A DNA stretch of 64,000 nucleotides, taken from positions 72,392 to 136,391 of the forward strand of contig CAZEKH010000004.1 in assembly GCA_964512925.1 (NCBI GenBank). The letters are read 5' to 3'. The position numbers were made by a program, and so were the translations under genes. The notes beneath the pieces were generated by a model, which worked only from the letters and a program-made list of their open reading frames with translations, did no database searches and was not told where the DNA came from. Below are positions 7,873-17,169 of the stretch, one piece after another; position 1 is the stretch's first letter, and each line of letters starts with the position of its first letter. The DNA is from an uncultured Candidatus Saccharibacteria bacterium (lineage in GTDB: Bacteria > Patescibacteriota > Doudnabacteria > UBA920).

Positions 7873-10239
7873 ATGGCTTTTGTTGAGGATTTAAAAGACA
7901 AAGTAAATAGGTATTTAGACACCCAAGCTCTCAAATCTTTGGAGCATCGGGTTGGTTTGATTTTAAACGAGAGGGAAGAACTAAAAAGCTGGACTGACAA
8001 TGAGCTGAGGCTTTCTACTTTGGCTTTTAAGGATGATTTAGCAAAGGGAAAAAGTTTGGACTCGCTGGTAATATCTGCTTTTGCCGTGGTTTGCGAAGCC
8101 GCCAGACGAGTTTTTGGAAAGATCCCGTATGAGGTTCAGATTTTAGCCGGGCTTGTCATACATCAGGGAAAAGTTGCTGAGATGAAAGCCGGGGAAGGCA
8201 AAACTTTGACTGAAACTATGCCGGTGTATTTAAACGCGCTCTTAGGCAAGGGTGTGCACATCATAACTACTAACGACTATTTAGCTGAAAGGGATGCCAA
8301 AGAGATGAGTAAGCTGTATAGCTTTTTAGGCCTCACAACCGGTTATGTGGTTTCCACTTTAAAAAATCAAGAAAGGCAAACAGCGTATGCTCAGGATATA
8401 ACTTATGTAACAAATCAGGAAGTCGGGTTTGATTTTTTAAGGGATAACTTGGTTTTTGCCCGCAAGGAAAGAGTTTTAAGGTCTAAGAATCCTTTGCATT
8501 TCGGTATTATTGACGAAATAGACAGCATACTCATAGACGAGTCGCGCACGCCTTTGATCATTGCCGAGGCGGTTTCAGAGGAAAGGCAATTTTACGATTT
8601 GTTTACAGGCATTTCGTCTAAACTAAAGGAAGAGGAAGATTTTAAAGTTGATTATCAGCATAAGCAAGTAAGTATGACTGAAGAGGGGTTAAATAAAGCT
8701 GAAGCGATTTTGGGCGAACCGATTTTTAGCGCCACTAATCCAATGTATGTTTTTTATCTGGATGTTTGTTTAAGGGCCAAAACGCTTTTTGAAAAAGATA
8801 GGGACTATATCATTACTTCTGACGGGGTTGAAATAGTGGATGAATTCACGGGTCGGGTTTTGCCTGGCCGCAGATTTACAGATGGGGTGCACCAGGCGAT
8901 TGAAGCAAAAGAGAAAGTTAAAGTGCAGGAAGCTGACAGAACCACGGCAGCAGTCACTTTTCAGAATTTTTTTCCGATGTATGAAAAACTGTCGGGAATG
9001 TCCGGCACTGTGATGCGCGCGCGGGATGAGTTCCGTCAGGTTTATCATTTGGACGTGATACAGATTCCTACCAACAAACCTCTTTTAAGGATTGACCATA
9101 ACGATCTTTTTTTCAAAACCCAAAAAGGCAAATTTTTGGGGATGATGAAAAAAATCCTTCAAGCTCATAGAAAAGGCCAGCCGGTTTTAATCGGTTCGCG
9201 TAATGTAGAAACCGCCCATATGGTTGCTTCCATACTGGAAGAACAAAATTTAGCTTTCCAGCTCCTAACAGCTTCTGACCACCGTTCGGAAGCGGAAAAA
9301 ATCGCTCAGGCAGGTCAAGCGGGAATGATAACAGTCGCGACCAATATGGCCGGCAGGGGAACTGATATTTTACTTGGAGCCGGAGTTGAAGCGGAAGGCG
9401 GACTTTTTGTCATAGGCACAGAAAGACACGAATCCAGAAGAATTGACGACCAGCTGGTGGGAAGGTCTGGCAGGCAGGGGGAAGCCGGAGAGTCGCAATT
9501 TTTTATATCAATGGAAGATGAGATTATGCAGCTTTTTGGCAGTGAGAAAATCATTGATGCGATGGAGAGCATAGACATAGCTGAAGATGAATACATATCG
9601 GGCCGTAGTTTGGATTTGGCCTTTAAAAAAGCCCAGGATTTTGTGGAAAGTCGGAACTATGATTCTAGAATTTATCTATATAAATATGATCGGGTGGTAA
9701 ATTTTCAGCGCAATGAAGTATATAAATTAAGAGAACAGCTTTTAGAGAATGAGAATGCTTTTTCAGATTTTTTAAAAAGAACCGTGCCTGAGGTTTTGGA
9801 CGAGATATTTTCCTGGCCAGATTCTGAATCAATAGAAAAAAAACTAAGCGAGGTTTTTAGCGTTAACGTCGGGGGCGGCGAACTTGAAGAGTTTTTGAAA
9901 GAGAAAAATTTTTACAAGAAAACACAAAAGCTCTTAGAGATAAAAAATAAGCTGGCTGGATATTTTACCGAGAAAGCATTTTTAATGCGCGAAGACAGGG
10001 AAGTTTGGCTAGCTGCTCAAAATTTGGTTTTAAATGTAATTGACAGCAACTGGAGCAATCAGCTGGAGCTGATGGATATTTTAAAAGAAGAAGCGAATCT
10101 TTTTTCTTACGCTTCTGAAGACCCGCTTTTGGACTACATCCGCGACAGTCGGGATTTGTTTGCGGAGATGGGAAAAAATATCCAAAGGCAGTTTTTACAG
10201 GCAATATTTTTACGGTTAAATCAGCAGGGAAAACTTTAG
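7873..10239 (+). CDS. secA: Preprotein translocase ATPase SecA (short, divergent; possibly an accessory SecA2)
   Basis: EMKAGEGKT, DEIDSILIDESRTPLI, ATNMAGRGTDI, HESRRIDDQLVGRSGRQG; no C-terminal Zn finger. Confidence 0.9.
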   Translation: MAFVEDLKDKVNRYLDTQALKSLEHRVGLILNEREELKSWTDNELRLSTLAFKDDLAKGKSLDSLVISAFAVVCEAARRVFGKIPYEVQILAGLVIHQGKVAEMKAGEGKTLTETMPVYLNALLGKGVHIITTNDYLAERDAKEMSKLYSFLGLTTGYVVSTLKNQERQTAYAQDITYVTNQEVGFDFLRDNLVFARKERVLRSKNPLHFGIIDEIDSILIDESRTPLIIAEAVSEERQFYDLFTGISSKLKEEEDFKVDYQHKQVSMTEEGLNKAEAILGEPIFSATNPMYVFYLDVCLRAKTLFEKDRDYIITSDGVEIVDEFTGRVLPGRRFTDGVHQAIEAKEKVKVQEADRTTAAVTFQNFFPMYEKLSGMSGTVMRARDEFRQVYHLDVIQIPTNKPLLRIDHNDLFFKTQKGKFLGMMKKILQAHRKGQPVLIGSRNVETAHMVASILEEQNLAFQLLTASDHRSEAEKIAQAGQAGMITVATNMAGRGTDILLGAGVEAEGGLFVIGTERHESRRIDDQLVGRSGRQGEAGESQFFISMEDEIMQLFGSEKIIDAMESIDIAEDEYISGRSLDLAFKKAQDFVESRNYDSRIYLYKYDRVVNFQRNEVYKLREQLLENENAFSDFLKRTVPEVLDEIFSWPDSESIEKKLSEVFSVNVGGGELEEFLKEKNFYKKTQKLLEIKNKLAGYFTEKAFLMREDREVWLAAQNLVLNVIDSNWSNQLELMDILKEEANLFSYASEDPLLDYIRDSRDLFAEMGKNIQRQFLQAIFLRLNQQGKL

Positions 10240-10293
10240 AGTTATCATAATTTCTAATTGACCTAATTATTCTAAATCAGGTATACTTTACGT

Positions 10294-10575
10294 ATGCTGA
10301 GTAAAGAAGAGATAAAAAGAATTGCGGTTTTAGCTCGCATAGAGCTGAGCGAACAGGAAGTGGAAGGTCTTCAAAAAGACCTCTCTGCTGTTTTGGATTA
10401 TGTTGAGGATTTAAAACAGGTAGACACTGAAGGACTTCAGGAGATTGCCCAGGTAACCGGTTTGGTTAATGTGCAAAGAATGGACGCGCCGGAAGAAACT
10501 CAAATCCGCGAGGAGATTTTTAGCCAAGCTCCGGAGATGAAAGATGGATATTTTAAGGTGAAAGCGATCTTATAA
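10294..10575 (+). CDS. gatC: Asp/Glu-tRNA amidotransferase subunit C
   Basis: IAVLARIEL, APEMKDGYFKV; upstream of gatA. Confidence 0.95.
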   Translation: MLSKEEIKRIAVLARIELSEQEVEGLQKDLSAVLDYVEDLKQVDTEGLQEIAQVTGLVNVQRMDAPEETQIREEIFSQAPEMKDGYFKVKAIL

Positions 10576-10753
10576 ATTGTTCAAATTTCCCCGCCTGCCA
10601 AGAAAGTGGAGAGTTGAAAAGATAAAATAATTATAATCAATAATTCTATTAATTCAGTTGTCTTGGGCTGGCAGATAATTAACCTAAAATATATTATTGG
10701 GGATTTAGGAATTATTTAGAATAATTAGATATTAGGTTAATTAGAATAATTTT

Positions 10754-12241
10754 ATGTCAGATTCTTTTGAATTTAAAACTTTAACAGAACTGCGGAATTT
10801 GCTGGATTCCAAGTCCATATCTTCTTTGGAATTGACCAAATATTTTTTGTCGCGCATAAAAAATTTGGATAAAGATTTAAATTCTTTTGTGACTGTTTCA
10901 GAAGAAGAGGCTTTGAAAAATGCCAAGGATGCGGACGAGTTTATAAATTCGCCTGGTGAAAATCCTTTTTTATGCGGTATTCCTTATGCTTCAAAAGATT
11001 TATTTTTGACCAAAGGCGTGCGCACCACTGCTTCTTCAAAAATATTGGATAACTATATACCGCCTTATGATGGAACTGTGACAAAAAAACTAAAAGATCA
11101 AAAGTCAGTTTTGCTGGGTAAAACCAATTTAGACGAATTTGCCCACGGCTCTTCTACTGAAACTTCAGCTTATGGGGTGTCAAAAAATCCTTGGGATAAA
11201 AATCGCATACCGGGAGGTTCTTCGGGTGGTTCTACTTCAGCTGTGGGAGGCGGACTTGCTCCTTGGGCAACAGCTACGGAAACAGGCGGCAGTATCCGTC
11301 AGCCGGCTTCTTTGTGCGGGCTTTCTGGCTGGAAGCCTACCTACGGGCGTGTTTCAAGATTTGGAGTCATAGCTATGGGTAGTTCTTTGGACTGTCCTGG
11401 CGCGGTTGCGCATACAGTTGAGGATTTGGCTCATTTGGCTGAAATAATGTCAGGACTGGACCCGAAGGATTCCACTACCGGACCGGTTGAGGTACCGCGC
11501 TTTTCCAAATCTTTAAACCAAAACATTAAAGGAAAAAAATTGGGTTTGCCCAAACAATATTTTGTAGATGGTATGGAGGAGGGTGTCAAGATAAGGGTTT
11601 TGGAAGCGGTTGATGAGCTTAAAAAACTTGGCGCTGAAATTGTTGAAGTTGACCTGCCGAACACCAGATACGGGTCTTTAGTTTATGCTATTATTTGTCC
11701 TTCGGAAGTTTCTTCAAATCTTGCGCGGTTTGATGGCATCCGCTATGGCCATAGCTCCAAGGAAGCGAAAAATCTTTTGGAAACCTATGAGAAATCCCGC
11801 GGAGAAGGTTTGGGTTTGGAGGCAAAGCGGAGGGTTTTAACAGGGACATATGTATTATCTGCCGGCTACTATGATGCGTATTATAAAAAAGCTCAAAAGG
11901 TCAGGGGGCTTATACTGCACGAATTTCAGGAAATTTTTAAGTCAGTTGACGCCCTGGTCTGCCCTTCTTCGCCAAATGTTGCGCCGAAAATCGGCACTGC
12001 CAAACAAAACCCGCTTTTTGGCTATATTGCCGACCAGCTGAACATCCCGTCCTCGCTTGCCGGCCTTCCTGCTTTGTCTGTTCCTTGCGGATTTTCTTCC
12101 CCGTCTGACGATGCTTCAGTACAGCTGCCTGTCGGCCTCCAGATCATCGGTCCTCAATGGGGAGAGCAGACAGTATTTGATATAGGTTATGCTTTTCAAA
12201 AAGTTACTGATTGGCATACCAAACATTCAACTCTTGCATAA
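10754..12241 (+). CDS. gatA: Asp/Glu-tRNA amidotransferase subunit A
   Basis: Amidase signature GGSSGGS, TGGSIRQPA, SNLARFDGIRYG. Confidence 0.95.
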   Translation: MSDSFEFKTLTELRNLLDSKSISSLELTKYFLSRIKNLDKDLNSFVTVSEEEALKNAKDADEFINSPGENPFLCGIPYASKDLFLTKGVRTTASSKILDNYIPPYDGTVTKKLKDQKSVLLGKTNLDEFAHGSSTETSAYGVSKNPWDKNRIPGGSSGGSTSAVGGGLAPWATATETGGSIRQPASLCGLSGWKPTYGRVSRFGVIAMGSSLDCPGAVAHTVEDLAHLAEIMSGLDPKDSTTGPVEVPRFSKSLNQNIKGKKLGLPKQYFVDGMEEGVKIRVLEAVDELKKLGAEIVEVDLPNTRYGSLVYAIICPSEVSSNLARFDGIRYGHSSKEAKNLLETYEKSRGEGLGLEAKRRVLTGTYVLSAGYYDAYYKKAQKVRGLILHEFQEIFKSVDALVCPSSPNVAPKIGTAKQNPLFGYIADQLNIPSSLAGLPALSVPCGFSSPSDDASVQLPVGLQIIGPQWGEQTVFDIGYAFQKVTDWHTKHSTLA

Positions 12242-12279
12242 CTAGAGAATTTTTAATTTGCAATTTTAATGAATTTTCA

Positions 12280-13830
12280 ATGAAAGAATTTACAGCTTCA
12301 ACCGAATACAAACCCGTGATTGGGTTTGAGATACATATACAGCTTGCTACCAAATCTAAGATGTTTGGCGTGGCGCACAACAACCCGGACCAGACTGAGC
12401 CGAATATGGATATAGACGAAGTTAACACGGCGCAGCCCGGGACTTTGCCTGTGGCAAACAAAGAAGCTATAAGGATGACTACAATGGTGGGGCTTGCTTT
12501 AAACTGTCAGATAGATGAGTTTAGCAAGTTTGACAGAAAACACTATTTTTACCCCGACCTGCCGAAAGGTTATCAGATTTCTCAGTATGATCAACCCATT
12601 GCGAAAAACGGGTATTTGGACATAGAGGTGAATGGAAAAATAAAGAGGATTAACATCACCAGGGGGCACCTTGAAGAAGATGCCGGGAAAAACATTCACC
12701 CAGAAGGATTGCCTTACTCTTTGGTTGATTACAACAGGGCTGGGTCAGCGCTTTTGGAAATTGTGACTGAACCGGAGATAGAAAGCGGACAGGAAGCTTA
12801 TGCGTTTTTAAGTGAGTTAAAAAATATCGTACGCTACTTGGGCGTGTCTTCCGCAGATATGGAAAAAGGAATTTTAAGGTGTGAGCCGAGCATTTCTGTG
12901 CGAAAACCTGGGGAAACCACTCTGCCAAAATATAAAGTGGAAGTAAAAAATATCAACTCTTTTCGCTTTGCCCAGGCTGCGATTGACTACGAAATCGCGC
13001 GGCAGACCGAGATTTTAAAAGACGGCGGAACGCCCAAGCAGGTTACTATGGGCTGGAACGAAAAGCTGGGAGTGACGGTTGAGCAGAGAAGCAAAGAAGA
13101 AGCAAACGACTACCGATATTTTCCGGAGCCGGATTTGCCGGTTTTACAATTTACCCAAGAGTATTTAGATGAGCTTAAAAGAAAAATGCCGGAACTGCCT
13201 GCTCAGAAAAGGCAAAGATTTTTAGAGGAATACGGTCTGCCTAAAGCGGATGTGGAAAATTTGGTTAATTGGAAAGAATTGGCGAATTATTTTGAGGAAG
13301 TGGTGAGTGAAATAGACGAATGGATCATTGTGGAAGGTCAATCGTTCGACCTCTCCCGCCCTGCGGGCACCCTCCCCACGCCTGGGGAGGGAAAAAGTGT
13401 TATTGCTTCGCAACTCTATAAAAGCGCTGTCAATTGGTGTTTGCAGGATTTTTCCGCGCTTTTAAACCAAAATCTGTGGAATCCTTCGGATTCTTCTGTA
13501 ACCCCTGAAAATTTTGCTGAGCTTTTAGTAATGATCCAGAAAGGAAAAATTTCAACTTCTGCAGCCAAACAGGTGTTTAAAGTGATGTTTGAAAAAGGCG
13601 GAGAGCCGGACAATATAGTTTCCGACCTTGGCCTGGAGCAGGTTTCAGATACAGGAGCTATTGAATCCGCTTTGGATAAAGTCATTGCCGAAAACCAAAA
13701 AGCTGTTACGGACTACAGGGCAGGCCAACAAAAGTCTTTTGGTTTTTTGGTCGGCCAGGCAATGAAAGAGCTGAAAGGTAAAGGCAACCCGCAGATTATA
13801 AACGAAATTTTAAAGAAAAAACTTTCTTAG
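12280..13830 (+). CDS. gatB: Asp/Glu-tRNA amidotransferase subunit B
   Basis: IGFEIH, RKHYFYPDLPKGYQISQY, DYRYFPEPDLP; start reset to MKEF. Confidence 0.95.
   Translation: MKEFTASTEYKPVIGFEIHIQLATKSKMFGVAHNNPDQTEPNMDIDEVNTAQPGTLPVANKEAIRMTTMVGLALNCQIDEFSKFDRKHYFYPDLPKGYQISQYDQPIAKNGYLDIEVNGKIKRINITRGHLEEDAGKNIHPEGLPYSLVDYNRAGSALLEIVTEPEIESGQEAYAFLSELKNIVRYLGVSSADMEKGILRCEPSISVRKPGETTLPKYKVEVKNINSFRFAQAAIDYEIARQTEILKDGGTPKQVTMGWNEKLGVTVEQRSKEEANDYRYFPEPDLPVLQFTQEYLDELKRKMPELPAQKRQRFLEEYGLPKADVENLVNWKELANYFEEVVSEIDEWIIVEGQSFDLSRPAGTLPTPGEGKSVIASQLYKSAVNWCLQDFSALLNQNLWNPSDSSVTPENFAELLVMIQKGKISTSAAKQVFKVMFEKGGEPDNIVSDLGLEQVSDTGAIESALDKVIAENQKAVTDYRAGQQKSFGFLVGQAMKELKGKGNPQIINEILKKKLS
13350..13392. 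repeat. REP-like double hairpin inserted in frame in gatB
   Basis: cctctcccgccctgcgggcaccctccccacgcctggggaggg encodes LSRPAGTLPTPGEG; a related copy is intergenic near 30459-30499. Confidence 0.7.
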
Positions 13831-13836
13831 ACAGTT

Positions 13837-14724
13837 ATGTTAAATAGAAGAGAATTTCTAACAAGTTTACTTCCTGCTTTAGCTTTTAAATCTGAAGCAA
13901 AAGAAAAAAAGCAGGATCAGGTATGGAGCGAGGGCGTTGAAAGGATGAGTATTTTGTCGAAAACTGGGGAGGTTGAGATGAGTAATGTGTTTTTACACAA
14001 ACCCGGCGAAAAGTCTAGTTGGAATCTGGAAACTATAGGTGGAGAAAGAGTGGTTTCTGCAAATAAAGCAGAATGGGAGTTTATTCGCGAAAAAATCCAA
14101 AATGGATATTTAGTCATTACCGGTCATACTCATACAAGTCAAAGTGTTGAATCCGATGTGTTAAAGCTGACCAAGCAGAATAAAAAACCGGATATGGTTA
14201 AGCTTATTTCACCACCCAGTGTGCAAGGGCTGCTCGATATGGAAGCTTCAGGTGATTTTATTTATGCTTTTGACCAAGCAATGAATATAAAAAGTTATGG
14301 ACTTCCTTCTGAGTATGTGCTAAATGCGGTTTATGATCCAGCAGGGGTTTGGGTTTTTAAGGTTGATGCTGATACGAATTTTGTTCAAGATTTACATAGT
14401 ATTTTAAAGCGAGAACAAGAGTTAAAAGTGAACAATAAGTTAACAGGCGAATCAGTTAGCGCTTTGGCCTTGGAAAAAAAACAGCTGAGAAAAAAATATA
14501 GTCTCAATCTGGAAAGAGTAGCAAGCGCTTATAGAGAAATTTTAGAAGAGAATGTATTAAGTGTTCGTCACGCGCATTCCAATATGTTTGAAGTTTCCCA
14601 AAAAGCAAACCAGGTTTGTGGTGTTTTGGGAAATTTGGGCATCTCTATGAAGTATTATCAGTATCCGGATGCTGTCAAAATAGCGCCTTTGGAGATAGCA
14701 AAAGAATTTAGAATAAAATTCTAA
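13837..14724 (+). CDS. Hypothetical protein with twin-arginine-like N-terminus and HTH/PPS motif
   Basis: MLNRREFL; ITGHTHT...PPS...GD. Confidence 0.75.
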   Translation: MLNRREFLTSLLPALAFKSEAKEKKQDQVWSEGVERMSILSKTGEVEMSNVFLHKPGEKSSWNLETIGGERVVSANKAEWEFIREKIQNGYLVITGHTHTSQSVESDVLKLTKQNKKPDMVKLISPPSVQGLLDMEASGDFIYAFDQAMNIKSYGLPSEYVLNAVYDPAGVWVFKVDADTNFVQDLHSILKREQELKVNNKLTGESVSALALEKKQLRKKYSLNLERVASAYREILEENVLSVRHAHSNMFEVSQKANQVCGVLGNLGISMKYYQYPDAVKIAPLEIAKEFRIKF

Positions 14725-14732
14725 AAAAAGTG

Positions 14733-14776
14733 CCGCCCGGGAAATTCGCCAACAGGCGAATCATCCGGGCGGTTTT
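14733..14776. terminator. Bidirectional terminator
   Basis: CCGCCCGG...TTCGCC aaca GGCGAA...CCGGGCGG with flanking A/T tracts. Confidence 0.7.
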
Positions 14777-14780
14777 GTTG

Positions 14781-14993
14781 TCAGGGGTCACCGTATTTGC
14801 CCATCAAGATGTCGGAAACGACTTGAGCGAAGGCCTCATCGGTCGTCACTCCATTTAGCTGGGCTTGTTTGAAGGCCGTTAGTGAATAATCGATGATTGG
14901 GTTCCTGTCCGGGGCTTTTTCCCAGATCATAACCCCGTCTTTCATTTTGCAGATAGAAATCACTTGGGACCCGTCACGTGTGACGTAAGGCAT
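14781..14993 (-). CDS. Small hypothetical protein (70 aa)
   Basis: GAAAGGAG SD just before the ATG of MPYVTRDG; followed by a terminator. Confidence 0.65.
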   Translation of the reverse strand: MPYVTRDGSQVISICKMKDGVMIWEKAPDRNPIIDYSLTAFKQAQLNGVTTDEAFAQVVSDILMGKYGDP

Positions 14994-15054
14994 GCACACT
15001 CCTTTCAAAAAGGAGTATATATATATATATATCAGTTATTTTTTGCAAATAAAA

Positions 15055-15093
15055 AGAAGGGCACCCTCTTGCATTGCAAGAGGGTGCCCTTCT
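15055..15093 (-). terminator. Perfect palindrome with 19-bp arms; likely terminator downstream of miaA
   Basis: AGAAGGGCACCCTCTTGCA-T-TGCAAGAGGGTGCCCTTCT, U-tract on the minus strand. Confidence 0.75.
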
Positions 15094-15099
15094 GGTGTA

Positions 15100-15270
15100 T
15101 TAATTATTTTTCGGATTGATGTTTTTGGGTTTAGCGTCGTTATTTTCTGGCTTTGTATCCGGGTGCAAATTTCTTAGACCAAAGGTTTCTTCGGTTAAAC
15201 CAAGCCCTCCGCATTGAGCTGGGTCTTCTCTTAGTGGATTGAAGTCAATTTCGTATTTTGGTTTTGGTAT
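15100..15270 (-). CDS. Possible 56-aa peptide (ATA start, or read-through extension of miaA)
   Basis: Open frame IPKPKYEIDFNPLREDPAQCGG...NPKNN* in frame directly after the miaA TAA. Confidence 0.35.
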   Translation of the reverse strand: MPKPKYEIDFNPLREDPAQCGGLGLTEETFGLRNLHPDTKPENNDAKPKNINPKNN

Positions 15271-15273
15271 AAG

Positions 15274-16305
15274 TTAATGAATAAATTTTTTTATTAATTT
15301 TTCCGCTGTTTTTATGTTTGGTTTGATCCAGTGGATTTCCTGATTTTTTTTCCACCAGGTAAGCTGGCGTTTGGAGTAGTGTTTGATTGCGTAGGATAGT
15401 TCGGTTTGCGCGATATTCCACACCCTTCTAACCTCCCGCCTCAAGGGGGAGGAAATGTTTATATCGGGGTATTGTTGTAAAAATTTTGCAATGTACCGGT
15501 ATTCCAGACCGAATTGTTCTAATCTTTTCCAAGATAGCGCGGAACGGCGCGGAATTTTACGCGGAACGGCGCGGAAACCTTTATGCAGATTTTGTACTTC
15601 TTGGATCATTCCATCTTTTATTCTTTGTTTCAATCTTTTGTCGATTTTTTCATACAAAGTTTTTTGCGGCAAGATTGTGCCGATCCAGAGCGTATCATAT
15701 TTGCTGAGTACTGATGACTGAGCACTGATGACTGGGACAGGTTTACCTGTTGTGGCGATTATTTCTAAAGCGCGTATTAGTCTTCGTCTGTTATATCTGT
15801 CTATGGTTTTTGCGCGCTCTGGGTCCAAGCGAACTATTCGTGCGAATAGTTCCTCAGTGGATAGTTTTTCTAGTTCTTTGCGGAGCTTCGGGTTGGGTTT
15901 TACTTCGGGTATGCTTTGGTTAAAAACCACGGCGTCTATATAGTGCATACTCCCGCCGCAAAGTATTGGCAGTTTTCCGCGTTTTAAAATATCAGTTATA
16001 GCTTTGTCCGCGGCTTTTTTAAACCGCGAAACAGAATATTGGCGTTTTGGCGAGACAAAGTCTATGAGGTGGTGGGGGATGGATTTATAGTAAAATTGAA
16101 AATTTAATGATTTAAAGATTAAAGATTTTGGATTTTGAACCTTTTTCCAAACGCCAGGAACTTTTCCTGTGCCTAGGTTTAGGCCGCGGTAAATCTGCCG
16201 GCTATCGCAGGAGATTATTTCGCCGTTAAATTTTTTTGCTAAGGCTACTGCCAACTCGCTTTTACCTGAAGCTGTGGGGCCGACAATAATAATTATCTTA
16301 TTCAT
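15274..16305 (-). CDS. miaA: tRNA dimethylallyltransferase MiaA
   Basis: GPTASGKS, DSRQIY, GTGK, PHHLID, RRLIRALE, YSKRQLTW. Confidence 0.95.
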   Translation of the reverse strand: MNKIIIIVGPTASGKSELAVALAKKFNGEIISCDSRQIYRGLNLGTGKVPGVWKKVQNPKSLIFKSLNFQFYYKSIPHHLIDFVSPKRQYSVSRFKKAADKAITDILKRGKLPILCGGSMHYIDAVVFNQSIPEVKPNPKLRKELEKLSTEELFARIVRLDPERAKTIDRYNRRRLIRALEIIATTGKPVPVISAQSSVLSKYDTLWIGTILPQKTLYEKIDKRLKQRIKDGMIQEVQNLHKGFRAVPRKIPRRSALSWKRLEQFGLEYRYIAKFLQQYPDINISSPLRREVRRVWNIAQTELSYAIKHYSKRQLTWWKKNQEIHWIKPNIKTAEKLIKKFIH

Positions 16306-16342
16306 TATGACCGATCTGTATTAAAAATCTTTTATAAATATA

Positions 16343-16480
16343 TTATTTTACAATTAATTTTTTTCCAGCGTGCGGGTTTTTTAACTTTAAAGACGCTCCC
16401 GAAAGTTTCATTTTTGGGCGTTTTTTAATTTCCCGCCTTTTGGCTTTTGTCGGGTATTCGTCAAAGATTTTTTTTCTCAT
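16343..16480 (-). CDS. Small basic protein (45 aa), not in the ORF track
   Basis: MRKKIFDEYPTKAKRREIKKRPKMKLSGASLKLKNPHAGKKLIVK*; co-oriented just upstream of miaA. Confidence 0.6.
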   Translation of the reverse strand: MRKKIFDEYPTKAKRREIKKRPKMKLSGASLKLKNPHAGKKLIVK

Positions 16481-16551
16481 AAAATGTCAAAAAAGAAATA
16501 TCAATTTTAGGTATGATATAATTATATTGCAAGATAAATAAATATACAAAG

Positions 16552-17082
16552 ATGAAAAATAAAATTTTCCCGTTGATATTAGTCCTTATTTTAGGCGGTG
16601 TGGCGAGCTATTTTTGGTATGATTCCAAGGAGAGAACAGTTTTGGCGCCAATACTGCCTGAAAAAAATAATTTGGAAAAAACACAGCAAGATTTAAGCCA
16701 GGGTCAAAAGCCTGAGCAGACAGAAAAACCGGTCGTAACATCTACACCAAAGCCTACCTTAGCACCTTCTCAAAGCTCAGGGGTGTTTTCCAGCGGTGAA
16801 GAGGTGGATGCGCCAGATATTTTGGTTTTAGAAAGCATTTTTGACGGCAGTAGTTTTAGTCCAAAAATTCTTGACATCAAAGCCGGGGATATAATCATTT
16901 TCAGAAATACTTCTAAAGTTCCTTTAAAAATAAAATCTATTGACTCAAGTTACTTAGAGTTTGATTCGGGCCAGGATATTTTACCCGGAGCAAAGTTTCA
17001 GTTTAAGTTTGAAAAAACCGGCTCGTGGCAATATTCGGATGAAAGATACCCGGATGCTGTAGGCCGGGTAAATGTAAAATAA
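16552..17082 (+). CDS. Membrane-anchored cupredoxin-like protein
   Basis: N-terminal TM; FSPKILDIKAGDIIIFRN...FKFEKTGSWQY; canonical Cu ligands absent. Confidence 0.75.
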   Translation: MKNKIFPLILVLILGGVASYFWYDSKERTVLAPILPEKNNLEKTQQDLSQGQKPEQTEKPVVTSTPKPTLAPSQSSGVFSSGEEVDAPDILVLESIFDGSSFSPKILDIKAGDIIIFRNTSKVPLKIKSIDSSYLEFDSGQDILPGAKFQFKFEKTGSWQYSDERYPDAVGRVNVK

Positions 17083-17085
17083 GTA

Positions 17086-17118
17086 AATCCCGTCCTTTTC
17101 TTGAAAGGACGGGATTTT
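17086..17118 (+). terminator. Intrinsic terminator
   Basis: AAATCCCGTCCTTT/AAAGGACGGGATTT. Confidence 0.75.
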
Positions 17119-17169
17119 GTATTTGGCTGAAAAAATGCTATAATAAAGTGGTAAAATTAAGATTTTTTC

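Noticed and set aside
12211-12279. gatB upstream TTG start overlapping gatA
   Set aside because: The extension is AT-rich repeat sequence; ATG at 12280 fits GatB
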